From the IMG/VR virus record IMGVR_UViG_3300032829_000001: DNA of 64,000 nt; one strand, written 5' to 3'. Positions 55,301 through 64,000 of the stretch are shown one piece after another (the stretch's first letter is position 1; each line of letters begins with the position of its first letter). Both the position numbers and the translations under genes were made by a program. Source of the DNA: an uncultured virus (IMG/VR IMGVR_UViG_3300032829_000001). Taxonomy: Duplodnaviria; Heunggongvirae; Uroviricota; Caudoviricetes. Below the pieces are notes generated by a model. It worked only from the letters and a program-made list of their open reading frames with translations. It made no database searches and was not told the origin of the DNA.

Positions 55301-57500
55301 CAAGATGCTCGTCGGCGAGCAAACCGTCGCGGCCACATCGACACAGGGGTACGCAGTCCAGACCAACGTCATCACCCCGAACGTGGTGAACTTCTCGACG
55401 GGGAACACGCCCATCCGCGTGCAGACCGCCACACCGCACGGACTGAACACCGGCGACGTTCTGGCCGGGCGCAATTTCTCGGGCGGCTCGCGCCTCTCGA
55501 ACGCCGCGGCCAACGGGTTCTGGACGGTCACCGTCACCAGCAACGTGGAGTTCACGCTCGACGGCTCCACCGGCACGCCCGGCGGGGACACGTGGTCGGG
55601 CAGCGGGACGTTCATTCGCTGGACGCTGTTCGACAACGCAGGGGTTCCCACGCAGTTACTCGCGGTGCCGGGATTCCCGGTGGGGCTGATCGGCAAGCGC
55701 TTCACTTTCGACGCCTCCTCGCCAACAGGAGGGTTGCAGAACGCGTCCTTCCCGATCGTCGCCTACGACTCGAAGCACGTCATCTTCCAGGCCGATCCGG
55801 GCGCCATCGCAGGCGGAGACTTCGGGCGCTTTCAGGAGCCCGCGGTGTTCGTCGCACGGATCACCACGTCCAACACGACCAACAGCAGCAACGGCAACGG
55901 CGTGCAGTTCGTGGGCATCTCTGCGCCGAACATCAACCTGAACGGACCGACGGACGCGCTCGCCGCGTGCGAGCAGACGCTTGCCGGCGGCAGCATGGTC
56001 AGCAACAACAGCCTGAGCGTCGCCAACGCCTACGTGGATGAAACCGGCGCGTTCCAGTTCGTCGGCGTAGGTGCGCGCGTAATCGCGACTGCTCCTACGC
56101 TGACGCGGACGATGGCGCTCACACGGCTGTACCACGCCGTGACCAGCGGGGAGTTTCTCATCACGAGCACACGCGGTCAGTGCAGCATCACCGACGGGTA
56201 TTACGGATGCGGACTCGTCATGACCGATGCTGGCGGTCGTGGCGGGGCGACGCTGGCCGATGGAGCTTTTGTACTTCAGGCAACGAACCCGGCATTCGTT
56301 CGCGGTCCGTGGATCGTGGGAACGACGTCGACAGACGGAATTTTGTTGCAAGGGTCAACCATCGACGTTCAAGGTGCCGATTTGTCCGGCGCTGTGACCG
56401 CCGGACTCGCGGCCATTCGCATCGTCGGATACGACAGCGGCGTCACTTCGTCCGACATCAGCGGGCACAACAACTACTCAAGCATCAGCTTTGTGACAGG
56501 CACGGCTTCTCGGTCATTGCGCGGGAAGGTTGCATTCAGTGTTTCTGGCGGTTCCATCGGGCTATATTCGTTCCTGCACAACCTGCTGCTGTTCAGTGGA
56601 GATGCGCAATACGTATACGACAGCTTCTTCGACTTGCTGTCCGGCGCGATCGGTATCGAGGACAGCTTCGAGAACAGCGTGTTCGACGCGGCTGGTGGTG
56701 CGGCCGGAAGCCTGATCCTCGGAAAGTACCAGTACCAGTACACCACGCTGAGCGCCGCGCAGATCAACCGGGGCCAGTTGGTCAGATTGAACGGGAGCGA
56801 CAGCGTCACTTGGGCCCTCGCCGACACCGAGGCAAATGCACGGCGGACGATCGGGGCAATGGTCGGCACGATTACCAGCGCAGGCGGAGAAGTCTCGCAC
56901 GTGGCCTACGGGCAGGTCGGTTACTGCCTGCTGGATCTCACGGGCGGGCACGGGGGCGCTACGGCTGGGACGGTGCTGTACCTATCTCAGACCCGACCCG
57001 GCTACGCGCAGGCGGATCGGCCAGTCTCGGGCGTCATCCAGAAGATCGGTGTCGCGCTCGAAGACTCTGATGGAACTGGCACCGTACGGACGCTGTTGGG
57101 CGGCCCGAGCTTCGGGACCGAGGGAGATTTCTTCGAGCTGAACCTGTCGTTCAGCGGAGCAATCGCACCGAGCAGCACCTTCACCATGCGGCCGACGACC
57201 GGAACGGGCGACGTCTCGTCCGGTCTCAACTGGGAGTGGGAGTGCCCATTCGACACGACCGGATTCGAGCTATGGATCAACATGCTTGTTTTTGTCGGCA
57301 CCGGAAGCCCTGTGCTTGGTACGTTCGTGAGTAAGGGCGGTTCTAGCGCAGCAGTCGGGCCATCAGCCACCGGTGTCAGTCTCGTCGGGGACTCAGGTGC
57401 GTTGGCTGTTGCCGCCGGCCAGACGATCGGAATCGGAATCACCACGAACGGCGGCAACCTGACCGCTGTCTCCTTCACCGTGCGTCTCCGCCTCGTGTAG
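52320..57500 (+). CDS. very long collagen-like fibre protein (anchor, about 2 kb GXY stalk, beta-rich body, second anchor-like domain, C1q/BclA-like head)
   Basis: [23 protein letters not shown]; repeated [19 protein letters not shown] units; WEWECP head. Confidence 0.85.
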   Translation: MASSGVVTASPLINGTGTPLLQGELVRISAPNTLARAQADSDAHLLGYIGVVYSGKCNPNGAVQVWNVGTPPKVLLEPGLTPHAGETLWISATMAGRATNVEPVGPPASPSIGTIIDATRYSKDFSCVVVFASGGTGAQGPSGGAQGAQGATGATGATGATGATGATGATGATGAAGGPGPQGSPGPAGTPGAQGAQGAPGGPQGFQGPQGAPGGNQGFQGANGAQGAQGAQGSGFQGATGATGSPGATGATGAPGAAGATGASGATGATGASGPAGPQGATGANGSNGATGAQGAQGFQGAKGAQGFQGSGFQGAQGAPGGPQGFQGPQGSPGGAQGFQGASGQIGPQGFQGAAGTSGTQGATGAQGATGAAGAPGATGATGATGAPGATGATGATGATGATGGTGPAGAQGAQGATGAQGFQGSGFQGAQGAPGGPQGFQGPQGSPGGSQGFQGANGAQGATGAAGATGPQGAQGATGTAGAQGATGATGATGATGATGGTGASGATGAQGAQGASGAQGVTGAQGASGATGTQGFQGSAGAQGGLGAQGATGATGAQGFQGAGFQGAQGAPGGPQGFQGPQGSPGGAQGFQGAQGLQGAQGAGFQGAAGPQGAQGAGQLGAQGAQGARGAQGFQGAQGAGAQGAQGSAGPQGAAGAPGAAGATGAPGATGATGATGATGATGATGASGATGAQGATGAQGATGAQGFQGSGFQGAQGAPGGPQGFQGPQGAAGGSQGFQGAQGATGVTGAQGATGATGPVGPTGATGATGATGATGATGAAGATGATGATGATGAMGLQGAQGANGGGVSSVTTATFGLQAVPTTGDVVLSFGNFLRVPGELQVQGELEVDTGTLLTYPPPPAPPPIAAVSSAGTSTEVARADHTHGPQFSAFAVPGSVVYAATDPSGGNDATAVFSTTVGVATAAPFRTLTGLLAAMPRSGNMCAFVCLMKPGNYYKPLTLTLDNLDVVGFNNYQSMLFRGSDLTNSAADKMLVGEQTVAATSTQGYAVQTNVITPNVVNFSTGNTPIRVQTATPHGLNTGDVLAGRNFSGGSRLSNAAANGFWTVTVTSNVEFTLDGSTGTPGGDTWSGSGTFIRWTLFDNAGVPTQLLAVPGFPVGLIGKRFTFDASSPTGGLQNASFPIVAYDSKHVIFQADPGAIAGGDFGRFQEPAVFVARITTSNTTNSSNGNGVQFVGISAPNINLNGPTDALAACEQTLAGGSMVSNNSLSVANAYVDETGAFQFVGVGARVIATAPTLTRTMALTRLYHAVTSGEFLITSTRGQCSITDGYYGCGLVMTDAGGRGGATLADGAFVLQATNPAFVRGPWIVGTTSTDGILLQGSTIDVQGADLSGAVTAGLAAIRIVGYDSGVTSSDISGHNNYSSISFVTGTASRSLRGKVAFSVSGGSIGLYSFLHNLLLFSGDAQYVYDSFFDLLSGAIGIEDSFENSVFDAAGGAAGSLILGKYQYQYTTLSAAQINRGQLVRLNGSDSVTWALADTEANARRTIGAMVGTITSAGGEVSHVAYGQVGYCLLDLTGGHGGATAGTVLYLSQTRPGYAQADRPVSGVIQKIGVALEDSDGTGTVRTLLGGPSFGTEGDFFELNLSFSGAIAPSSTFTMRPTTGTGDVSSGLNWEWECPFDTTGFELWINMLVFVGTGSPVLGTFVSKGGSSAAVGPSATGVSLVGDSGALAVAAGQTIGIGITTNGGNLTAVSFTVRLRLV

Positions 57501-57505
57501 CAACG

Positions 57506-59644
57506 ATGGCCGCCGACTCCGTCACTGTCTCCCCCACGTTCAACGGCGACTCCGTCTCGTTGACCGCCGGCATGATCGTCCGGCTGAAGCCGGGGGCGGA
57601 CAACAACGTCGTTCGGGCCAAAGCCGACACTGCACCGAACATTCAAGGAATGAGCGGTGTGGTCGTGAGCGGCGCGGCCGCACCCACCACCGCCGTTCTG
57701 ATAGCGTGCACCGGGCGCGAGACCGTGCAGATGGAGAGTGGACTGACACTCGCCGTCGGCGACACGGTCTATGTCTCTCCGAACGTTGCAGGAAAGGGAA
57801 CGAACGTCCTGCCGACCAACGTGGCGGCGGTCGGAACCGTCGCTGACGTCTCGGAGTACGCGCGTCTGGGCACCGCCGAAGTCCTCGTCAACGTCGGTGG
57901 CGTGACGACGCCAATCGATTTCGGCGCAGCTCCACCAGTCGTTCTCGCCACGAAGAGCGTCGCTGGCACCGCCACGACCGCGGCTCGCTCAGATCACGAC
58001 CACGGACAGTACATGGTCGCGCAGTGGCCCCAGGCCAACCCACGCATCTACGCCGTGGACGGTGTCAATGGCAACGATGCGAACGACGGCTTTGCCGACG
58101 CCGCCAGTGCCTCGACGCCCGATGTGGTGGCGGCGACGCAGGCAGCGGGGCTCGTCGCAAAGAAGACGCTCGCAGGGCTGGCTGCCATTTTCCCGCGACA
58201 GGGAAGCGCCCGAAACTGCGTTGTGGTGATCGCCGCTGGAACGTACGCCGACTCGATCGTGAAAGTCCTCAATGGATGCGAGGGCTACAGAACGTTGATC
58301 GTTCGCGGCACGGGCACAAACCCGACAGCAGGTTGCACGGCCTTCGACGGAAGCCCCGCGGACCTCGTCTACGTAGGCGCTCAGATCGCCACGGGAACGA
58401 ACGCGAACGGGTACAACCCGACAGGTGGCGCCACGACATCTGTGATCCCATGCCAGCTCAACGGCGGGGGGTCGGCCACCTTTGCCGCCGAGCCGGCAGT
58501 TCCTCTCGCTTGTCGTCTTCGCTTCGACGCGAACACGGCCACGGTCGCACTGCGGAACCAGACGGCGCAAATCATTCAGGTGAGCGGGAGTACGCTGACG
58601 CTCAGCAACACGACGAAGCTCAGCACCGCGCCCGCGACGAACGACGTCTTCTACATCGAGCAGCCTGGCGTGGTGTCACCCATTTCGTCTGTGGAGCCGC
58701 TCGCGCTGCGCAGTCTCGCGTACCACAACGTGAGCAGCAACTACCTCGTCGGCATATGGATCACGGGAGGGACAGCAATTCCCAGCGGGGACATGACCCT
58801 CTGTTTTTTCCAGTGCGCCGGCATGGGGGGCGGAAGCGGACTTCCGTTGACGATCGACAACAGCGAGCATCTTGGCGGCGTTTACATATACGTAGACGGA
58901 TCACTGCCAAGAATTGGCGGGGCGGGTCGCATCGACGGATTCACGAGCTTCGACCTCGGGGCGAACGCGCTCAATTTTTCGTCGTTCACAATCTATTTTC
59001 CTGGCTCTGGCGTCAACGTACTCGACATCCAGAACATCTATATCGGCGATGGCGCCGTGGTGTATGGGACGCTGCACTGTGGAGGCAACAGACCAACGAT
59101 TAGTTCGGATAGCATTACCCTAGGGGCGCTTCTCGATTTAGGCGAGAAGACAACGAGGATTTTGGGATCCGGGACGAAGTACGGACTGCATCTAGACAAC
59201 TTCGCCGGAACGGTGGGTGGGTTCGATATAACGGGCGTCGGAGCCCACCCGGCAATAATGCTAGATCGCCAATGCCAGATTACCTTTTTCAATCTGGTCA
59301 GCGGCAGCACCGGCAACTCCGACGTAGGAATGGACCTGACCACCACGTACGGTTCTGTGATCGTGCTGGTCACGATTCCGACTGTCACAGGAACACTTGG
59401 TGATGTACGCCTCGCTGACGGGACGATCATCTCGTGGGCCACAGCCGCTGCGGGGGTGACGGATGTCAACGGGAACCAGATCTACGCGCGCGGCAGCGCG
59501 CCGCTCTCCCCCATACCGGTGGCGAATGGTGGCGCGACTGTCACCATGACGAACGCCCCGGCCGGCTCGCCTGCGGCACCAGTGCGTTACTTCAAACTCC
59601 CTGATGGGCGAGGTGGATTCTTCACGATCGCGAGCCTTACCTGA
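57506..59644 (+). CDS. spike protein with shared anchor, no collagen
   Basis: FNGDSVSLTAGMIVRL; ARSDHDH; YAVDGVNGNDAN. Confidence 0.8.
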   Translation: MAADSVTVSPTFNGDSVSLTAGMIVRLKPGADNNVVRAKADTAPNIQGMSGVVVSGAAAPTTAVLIACTGRETVQMESGLTLAVGDTVYVSPNVAGKGTNVLPTNVAAVGTVADVSEYARLGTAEVLVNVGGVTTPIDFGAAPPVVLATKSVAGTATTAARSDHDHGQYMVAQWPQANPRIYAVDGVNGNDANDGFADAASASTPDVVAATQAAGLVAKKTLAGLAAIFPRQGSARNCVVVIAAGTYADSIVKVLNGCEGYRTLIVRGTGTNPTAGCTAFDGSPADLVYVGAQIATGTNANGYNPTGGATTSVIPCQLNGGGSATFAAEPAVPLACRLRFDANTATVALRNQTAQIIQVSGSTLTLSNTTKLSTAPATNDVFYIEQPGVVSPISSVEPLALRSLAYHNVSSNYLVGIWITGGTAIPSGDMTLCFFQCAGMGGGSGLPLTIDNSEHLGGVYIYVDGSLPRIGGAGRIDGFTSFDLGANALNFSSFTIYFPGSGVNVLDIQNIYIGDGAVVYGTLHCGGNRPTISSDSITLGALLDLGEKTTRILGSGTKYGLHLDNFAGTVGGFDITGVGAHPAIMLDRQCQITFFNLVSGSTGNSDVGMDLTTTYGSVIVLVTIPTVTGTLGDVRLADGTIISWATAAAGVTDVNGNQIYARGSAPLSPIPVANGGATVTMTNAPAGSPAAPVRYFKLPDGRGGFFTIASLT

Positions 59645-59681
59645 ACAGTCTTCCCCAGCGCATTCGAAAAGGACGATTCCA

Positions 59682-62039
59682 ATGGCCACCGACTCTGTCA
59701 CAGTCTCCCCGACTTTCAACGGCGACAGCGTCCCCCTCACCGCGGGAATGATCGTCCGGCTCAAACCAGGAGCCAACAACAACGTCGTTCGTGCGCAGTC
59801 CGATTCCTCCGCACATGTCCAGGGCACCTGCGGCGTCGTGGTCTCAGGCTCCTGCGCACCCGGCGGCGTGGTCATTGTTTCGTCCGTCGGTCGCCAGACC
59901 GTCCAGATAGAGAACGGGCTCACTCCCGGCGTGGGCGACACCGTGTACGTCTCTGCGACGGTCCCCGGCAAGGGCACCAACGTCATTCCTGGTGTCGTCC
60001 TGCCGATCGGCTCGATCGCCGACATCTCGAACTACGCGCGCCTCGGAACTGTCGAAGTCGATGTCGTCGCGGCTGCGTCCGAGGCTGGAGCTGGCGGTAC
60101 TTTTCCGGGCTTCGGCGGAGCACCCCCTGCGGTCGCTGCGGCATCGAGTGGAGGCGCGGCCGGTACAGCATCACGCAGCGACCACACGCATGCGGGCGTC
60201 ACGAGCCTGAACGCCGAGCAGGGCGCCATCGCGTTGGAGTCGACTGGCGCGACCGTGTCGATCACGACTCCGGACAGCGGCCACATCAACCTGGAGGTGG
60301 CGAACCCGCTACCAGCCTTCGCGACGCCGGCCGACCTCGGGCCGAATGAGGGGGTGGCGGGTGTCGCGTCAACGATCATCCGCTCCGACGCGATCCCCGG
60401 CCAGAAAATTCGAGCCGCGTGGCCGATCGCGAACGTGCGTTGGTACGCCGTGGACGGCGTGAACGGCAACGATGCCAACGCAGGCTTCTCTGACGTTTCT
60501 GAGGCTGACGCGGGGACCAAGGCCAAAAAGACGATTGCAGGACTCGCCGCGATCTTCCCGACGGTGGGCAACGGTCGCAAGGTCTCTATCTCCATTGCCA
60601 ACGGGGGCGTGAACACGGCACAGACGTACGCGGAGAGCATTGACGCTCTCACCTTCGGTGTGTCCGGCTACTCCGGCGGCTACACGCTCAAGGCGACCGG
60701 CACGAACTCCAACGCGGGCGCCGTTGCATTCGATGGCAGCGCCAACACCGACGTCTACTGCGGCGGCGTGACGGTGACGGGTCTCAACGCCGCTGGGTAC
60801 AACCCGACTGGCGGCGCCACAACCACAGCCATCCCTTGTCAGCTCAACGGCGGCGGTGCTGCTGCCCTGCCAGCCGAGCCCGCCGCGCCGCTCGGGTGGC
60901 GTATCCGGTTCGACATCAACACCGCGACAGTGGCCCTGCGAGGCATCTGCAAAGAGATCACACAGGTACAGAGCAGCCAGGTCAACGTCAACAACGCGCT
61001 CTCCACGCCCCCTTCGACGAGTGACGTCTTCTACATTGAGCAGGCGGGTGTGAATATCTCCACGACGGTGGTCAACCTATCGATCGGAGCCGGCACGCCC
61101 AACGGTGTCGGCAACTCACCGGCCATCGGCGGATTCAACTTCACGGGGCAGCTCAATGTGTTTCCCTGCTCCGGCGCGACACCCACGCTCTGCTTCAGCG
61201 CGTGCACCGGCGTCTTGTTCGCCCAAAACGCTGTGCTCAATAGCCAGCGCTTCTACACCAACGTGGCGTCCGGATCGGCCCGGTCAGCCGGCGGCGGCCT
61301 CCGCAACAATGGCGGTTTCAGTCAAAACGGGTGGGCCAACAGCACGCAAATGACGTGCTACACGCAGGTGGGGACCAACTCGTTCAGCATCGAGTCACCG
61401 AGTGGCCTCTCTGCGCTCACCGCAGGAGCCTTCGCCACCGGGCTGATCGTCTGGGGCGGCGGTATGCCGAGCGACGGGAACACGCCGCAGATCGGCAGCG
61501 CTGACACCACCGCGCCCACACGCATTTTGGGCCCCAATACCGACGTGACGAAGGTTGCCGGTCTCACCCTGCGAGGCGTGCGCGGGAACGTGGATACCAT
61601 GGTCATAACCGGGGTGGGTGCGCACCCTGCGATAGCTCTCGTGGGCACGAACCAGATCGTCTTCGGGAGCAGCAACTCCGGCGGGGTCTCGGGGAGCACA
61701 GGCAACACCGACGTCGGCCTCGACCTCACGCAGGCGGAGGGCTCCACGGTCGTCCTCGCGACGATTCCGACTGTCACCGGGACCAACGGGGACGTGCGGC
61801 TATCCGACGGGACGATCGTCTCGTGGGCGACCGCGGCGGCGGGGCTCGTGGACACGCGTGGCAATACGGTCTACGCGCTCGGCAACGCTCCGCTCGGCAC
61901 GAAGGTCGCGAGTGCGGCTACGGCCGTCGCCCTCGGCAACGTGGCGCCGGGAACCGTGACGTCATCGACGCCGACGGTCTGGACACCGCTCGTCATCAAC
62001 GGTGTGAAGTACCTCGTGCCGCTGTGGCCATCAACTTGA
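59682..62039 (+). CDS. spike protein, tandem paralogue of 57506
   Basis: [45 protein letters not shown]. Confidence 0.8.
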   Translation: MATDSVTVSPTFNGDSVPLTAGMIVRLKPGANNNVVRAQSDSSAHVQGTCGVVVSGSCAPGGVVIVSSVGRQTVQIENGLTPGVGDTVYVSATVPGKGTNVIPGVVLPIGSIADISNYARLGTVEVDVVAAASEAGAGGTFPGFGGAPPAVAAASSGGAAGTASRSDHTHAGVTSLNAEQGAIALESTGATVSITTPDSGHINLEVANPLPAFATPADLGPNEGVAGVASTIIRSDAIPGQKIRAAWPIANVRWYAVDGVNGNDANAGFSDVSEADAGTKAKKTIAGLAAIFPTVGNGRKVSISIANGGVNTAQTYAESIDALTFGVSGYSGGYTLKATGTNSNAGAVAFDGSANTDVYCGGVTVTGLNAAGYNPTGGATTTAIPCQLNGGGAAALPAEPAAPLGWRIRFDINTATVALRGICKEITQVQSSQVNVNNALSTPPSTSDVFYIEQAGVNISTTVVNLSIGAGTPNGVGNSPAIGGFNFTGQLNVFPCSGATPTLCFSACTGVLFAQNAVLNSQRFYTNVASGSARSAGGGLRNNGGFSQNGWANSTQMTCYTQVGTNSFSIESPSGLSALTAGAFATGLIVWGGGMPSDGNTPQIGSADTTAPTRILGPNTDVTKVAGLTLRGVRGNVDTMVITGVGAHPAIALVGTNQIVFGSSNSGGVSGSTGNTDVGLDLTQAEGSTVVLATIPTVTGTNGDVRLSDGTIVSWATAAAGLVDTRGNTVYALGNAPLGTKVASAATAVALGNVAPGTVTSSTPTVWTPLVINGVKYLVPLWPST

Positions 62040-62064
62040 CCGTTCCGGCGCCCAGTGCGACCAT
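62036..62064 (+). promoter_or_regulatory. sigma70-type promoter
   Basis: TTGACC-17-GACCAT, ATG 7 nt later. Confidence 0.5.
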
Positions 62065-62071
62065 CGTCTCC

Positions 62072-62476
62072 ATGAAGCTCTCTCGCCGCGCCGGACCCAT
62101 CTCGCTCCTCGTGCTCGTCGCCGCCATGTTCGCCGGCTGCCCGGCCACGTGCCAGTCGCCGGGCCCCGGAACACCCGACGGCGGCCCGAGCCCCGGTACG
62201 GTCTTCAAGAACTGCTCCACGCAGGCGATCGAGCAGGCGGCGCAGAGCATCCTCGGGGCCGTCACGCAGGCGCTCGCCACCGGCAACTACATCGGCGCGC
62301 TCGCCACTCTCGTGACCCAGTACGGCGCCGCCGAGGTCGCCTGCGCGGTGGAGCTGGCCGTGAACGAGCTGCAGAAGCGCGTCGAGGCCACACCGAGCAC
62401 GCAGGAGGTCGACCCCGTGCTGCTGACGCAGATCGCGAACGGGAAGAGCTGGCTGGCCACCAACGGGGCGAAGTGA
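62072..62476 (+). CDS. putative lipoprotein
   Basis: MKLSRR + hydrophobic stretch + FAGC lipobox. Confidence 0.7.
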   Translation: MKLSRRAGPISLLVLVAAMFAGCPATCQSPGPGTPDGGPSPGTVFKNCSTQAIEQAAQSILGAVTQALATGNYIGALATLVTQYGAAEVACAVELAVNELQKRVEATPSTQEVDPVLLTQIANGKSWLATNGAK

Positions 62477-62631
62477 GGCTCCTCGCGCTGTGGCTCGTGC
62501 TGGGGGCCGCCGGCTGCTACGCCACGACCAGCACTCCGCCCGGCCCGAACTGCGTGCAGGACCCGAGCAACCCCGCATGCCCGGCGCCGCTGACCGACGC
62601 CAAGAAGCCCGACGCGGGGCCTGCCCGATGA
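62473..62631 (+). CDS. small putative lipoprotein
   Basis: LLALWLVLGAAGC lipobox. Confidence 0.6.
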   Translation: MRLLALWLVLGAAGCYATTSTPPGPNCVQDPSNPACPAPLTDAKKPDAGPAR

Positions 62632-62840
62632 TGTGCCGCTGCGGCCAGGAGGCCGGCACCACACACCTCTGCCCGGCGGCGTCCGGGCCGACGTGCTGGT
62701 GCGGGCAGCCGCTCTGGCAGACGCACGTGCACTACGGGCCGAAGCCGAGCACGACGTGGCCGACGCCGTACCAGTTCCCGACCACCGTGCCGACGAGCGT
62801 GCCATTCGTCGTGCCCACCCCATTCGGAGGACCCCGGTGA
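62628..62840 (+). CDS. small Cys/His/Pro-rich protein
   Basis: coupled both sides; CRCGQ and CWCGQ repeat. Confidence 0.5.
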   Translation: MMCRCGQEAGTTHLCPAASGPTCWCGQPLWQTHVHYGPKPSTTWPTPYQFPTTVPTSVPFVVPTPFGGPR

Positions 62841-63553
62841 TGCCCCAGATCGCGATCGTGTGTACCTCGAAGTCCGTCGACAAGGGCCACCTCGCGCTCA
62901 TGACCGACGCCTGGGATAAGCAGGCGCAGGAGTTCTGCAAGGTGCACGGGCTCGAATACCGGCCGGTCGTGCTCTACGACACGCCCGACGACCTGCCGAC
63001 CGACACCGGCGAGTTCTGGCTACTGGTCATCGAGGACGACATCGAGGCGCCGGGCGCCCTGGGATTCCACGACGATCAGCTCGGCGTCATCTTCGCCAGG
63101 TGCCTCCCCGAGAACGACTGCGAGTCCGTCTCGCACGAGATCCTGGAGATGCTGCTCGACCCCACGTGCGAGCAGTACCGCGACTTTGGCGACGGCACTG
63201 GCCGGCAGCTCGCGCTCGAAGCGTGCGACCCGGTCGAGGAGGATCACTACATGCAGCAGGCGCAGATCGGCGACCAGCCGCCGCAGGACGTGCCCGTGAG
63301 CAATTATGTCCTGCCTTCGTACTTCGACCCGAAGGGGACTGCGCCGTTCGACCGCATGGGCAAGCTCACCGCGCCGTTCTCGATGTCGCCGGGTGGGTAT
63401 GAGATCGTCCGCGAGCCCGACGGCTCGACGAACGACGTGTTCGCCAAGGCGCACGTCGTCGCGCACGAGGTGCAGACCGAGCACTCGATGGCGCGCCGGC
63501 AGCGCAAGGAGAACACGCCCCACTCGCGCCTGGCGCGCCGCCTGGCGGCCTAG
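62840..63553 (+). CDS. zincin-like metalloprotein / putative peptidase
   Basis: GALGFH, SHEILEMLLDP, EACDPVE, VSNYVLP.YF. Confidence 0.6.
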   Translation: MPQIAIVCTSKSVDKGHLALMTDAWDKQAQEFCKVHGLEYRPVVLYDTPDDLPTDTGEFWLLVIEDDIEAPGALGFHDDQLGVIFARCLPENDCESVSHEILEMLLDPTCEQYRDFGDGTGRQLALEACDPVEEDHYMQQAQIGDQPPQDVPVSNYVLPSYFDPKGTAPFDRMGKLTAPFSMSPGGYEIVREPDGSTNDVFAKAHVVAHEVQTEHSMARRQRKENTPHSRLARRLAA

Positions 63554-63942
63554 CGAACGCGCCCAAAGCGGACGATCCGGTTCCAGAGGGGGATACCGTG
63601 GAGGAATGCGCGATCCCCACAGATCGGACACACGTGTGGCTGTGTCGGCAGCACGTACGCGTTGCAGGTAGCACAGCGGCAGACCTCGACGGCGGTATCC
63701 TTTGTACGGATCGCCGTGCGCAGCAGCTCCACGTTCACGTGGCACGTCGCCACGTTCGATAGCAGCTCGAACGCCTTGGCCGTCTTCAAGTCGCAGCGCC
63801 CGTCGAACGTGACGTAGTTGTCGTGGCGGAGGCGCAGGCTGATCTCGTGCCGGCCAGTCTCGTGGAGCCCGCAGGCCACGACGATGCGATGGACCTCGCT
63901 CGCGCCGGGGCGGAGCTGATGGCTCACCTCAGCCACTTCCAA
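63550..63942 (-). CDS. hypothetical Zn-ribbon protein (start uncertain)
   Basis: CATC...CPICG. Confidence 0.55.
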   Translation of the reverse strand: MEVAEVSHQLRPGASEVHRIVVACGLHETGRHEISLRLRHDNYVTFDGRCDLKTAKAFELLSNVATCHVNVELLRTAIRTKDTAVEVCRCATCNAYVLPTQPHVCPICGDRAFLHGIPLWNRIVRFGRVR

Positions 63943-64000
63943 TTGTGCCGCCCGCTGATAGCCGCACGAATCGTGACCGGTCTTACCTGATACTTCTTCG

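Noticed and set aside
52404..55439. Long alternative-frame and antisense ORFs over the collagen gene (also over helicase and polymerase genes)
   Set aside because: Expected from high GC and repetitive codons lacking stops; products are low-complexity Arg/Pro strings.
1..64000. Integrase, att site or prophage boundary
   Set aside because: No recombinase or host gene block was recognised in the window.

Overview
This window looks like about 64 kb of a GC-rich bacterial virus genome. No host housekeeping operons, capsid protein, terminase or portal were recognised. (1) 2.1-6.6 kb: a dense array of about 36 tRNA genes covering all 20 amino acids, interrupted by a LAGLIDADG and an HNH endonuclease gene. 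A sigma70-type promoter, a 53-codon leader ORF and mutually exclusive antiterminator/terminator hairpins lie upstream. The leader uses all 20 amino acids and 40 different codons, which suggests an attenuator that senses tRNA shortage at almost any codon. (2) 6.6-30 kb: replication, recombination and nucleotide genes (DnaA domain-IV protein, DUF3987-like ATPase, SNF2 helicase, PD-(D/E)XK nuclease, AAA_24 ATPase, SSB-like protein, 3'-5' exonuclease, UDG-PolA fusion, Dda/RecD-like helicase, RepB-like primase, Tmk, ThyX). (3) 30-36.6 kb: small membrane-anchored proteins, then about 15 translationally coupled basic microproteins. Many end in [LF]xG[AS]-poly-Arg, and the tail codons double as the next gene's Shine-Dalgarno. 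(4) 36.6-62 kb: modular fibre/spike proteins (shared N-terminal anchor, collagen GXY stalks, variable heads) mixed with glycosyltransferase, methyltransferase and oxygenase-like genes. (5) 62-64 kb: lipoproteins and a metallopeptidase-like gene. All family assignments come from reading motifs by eye, not from database searches.
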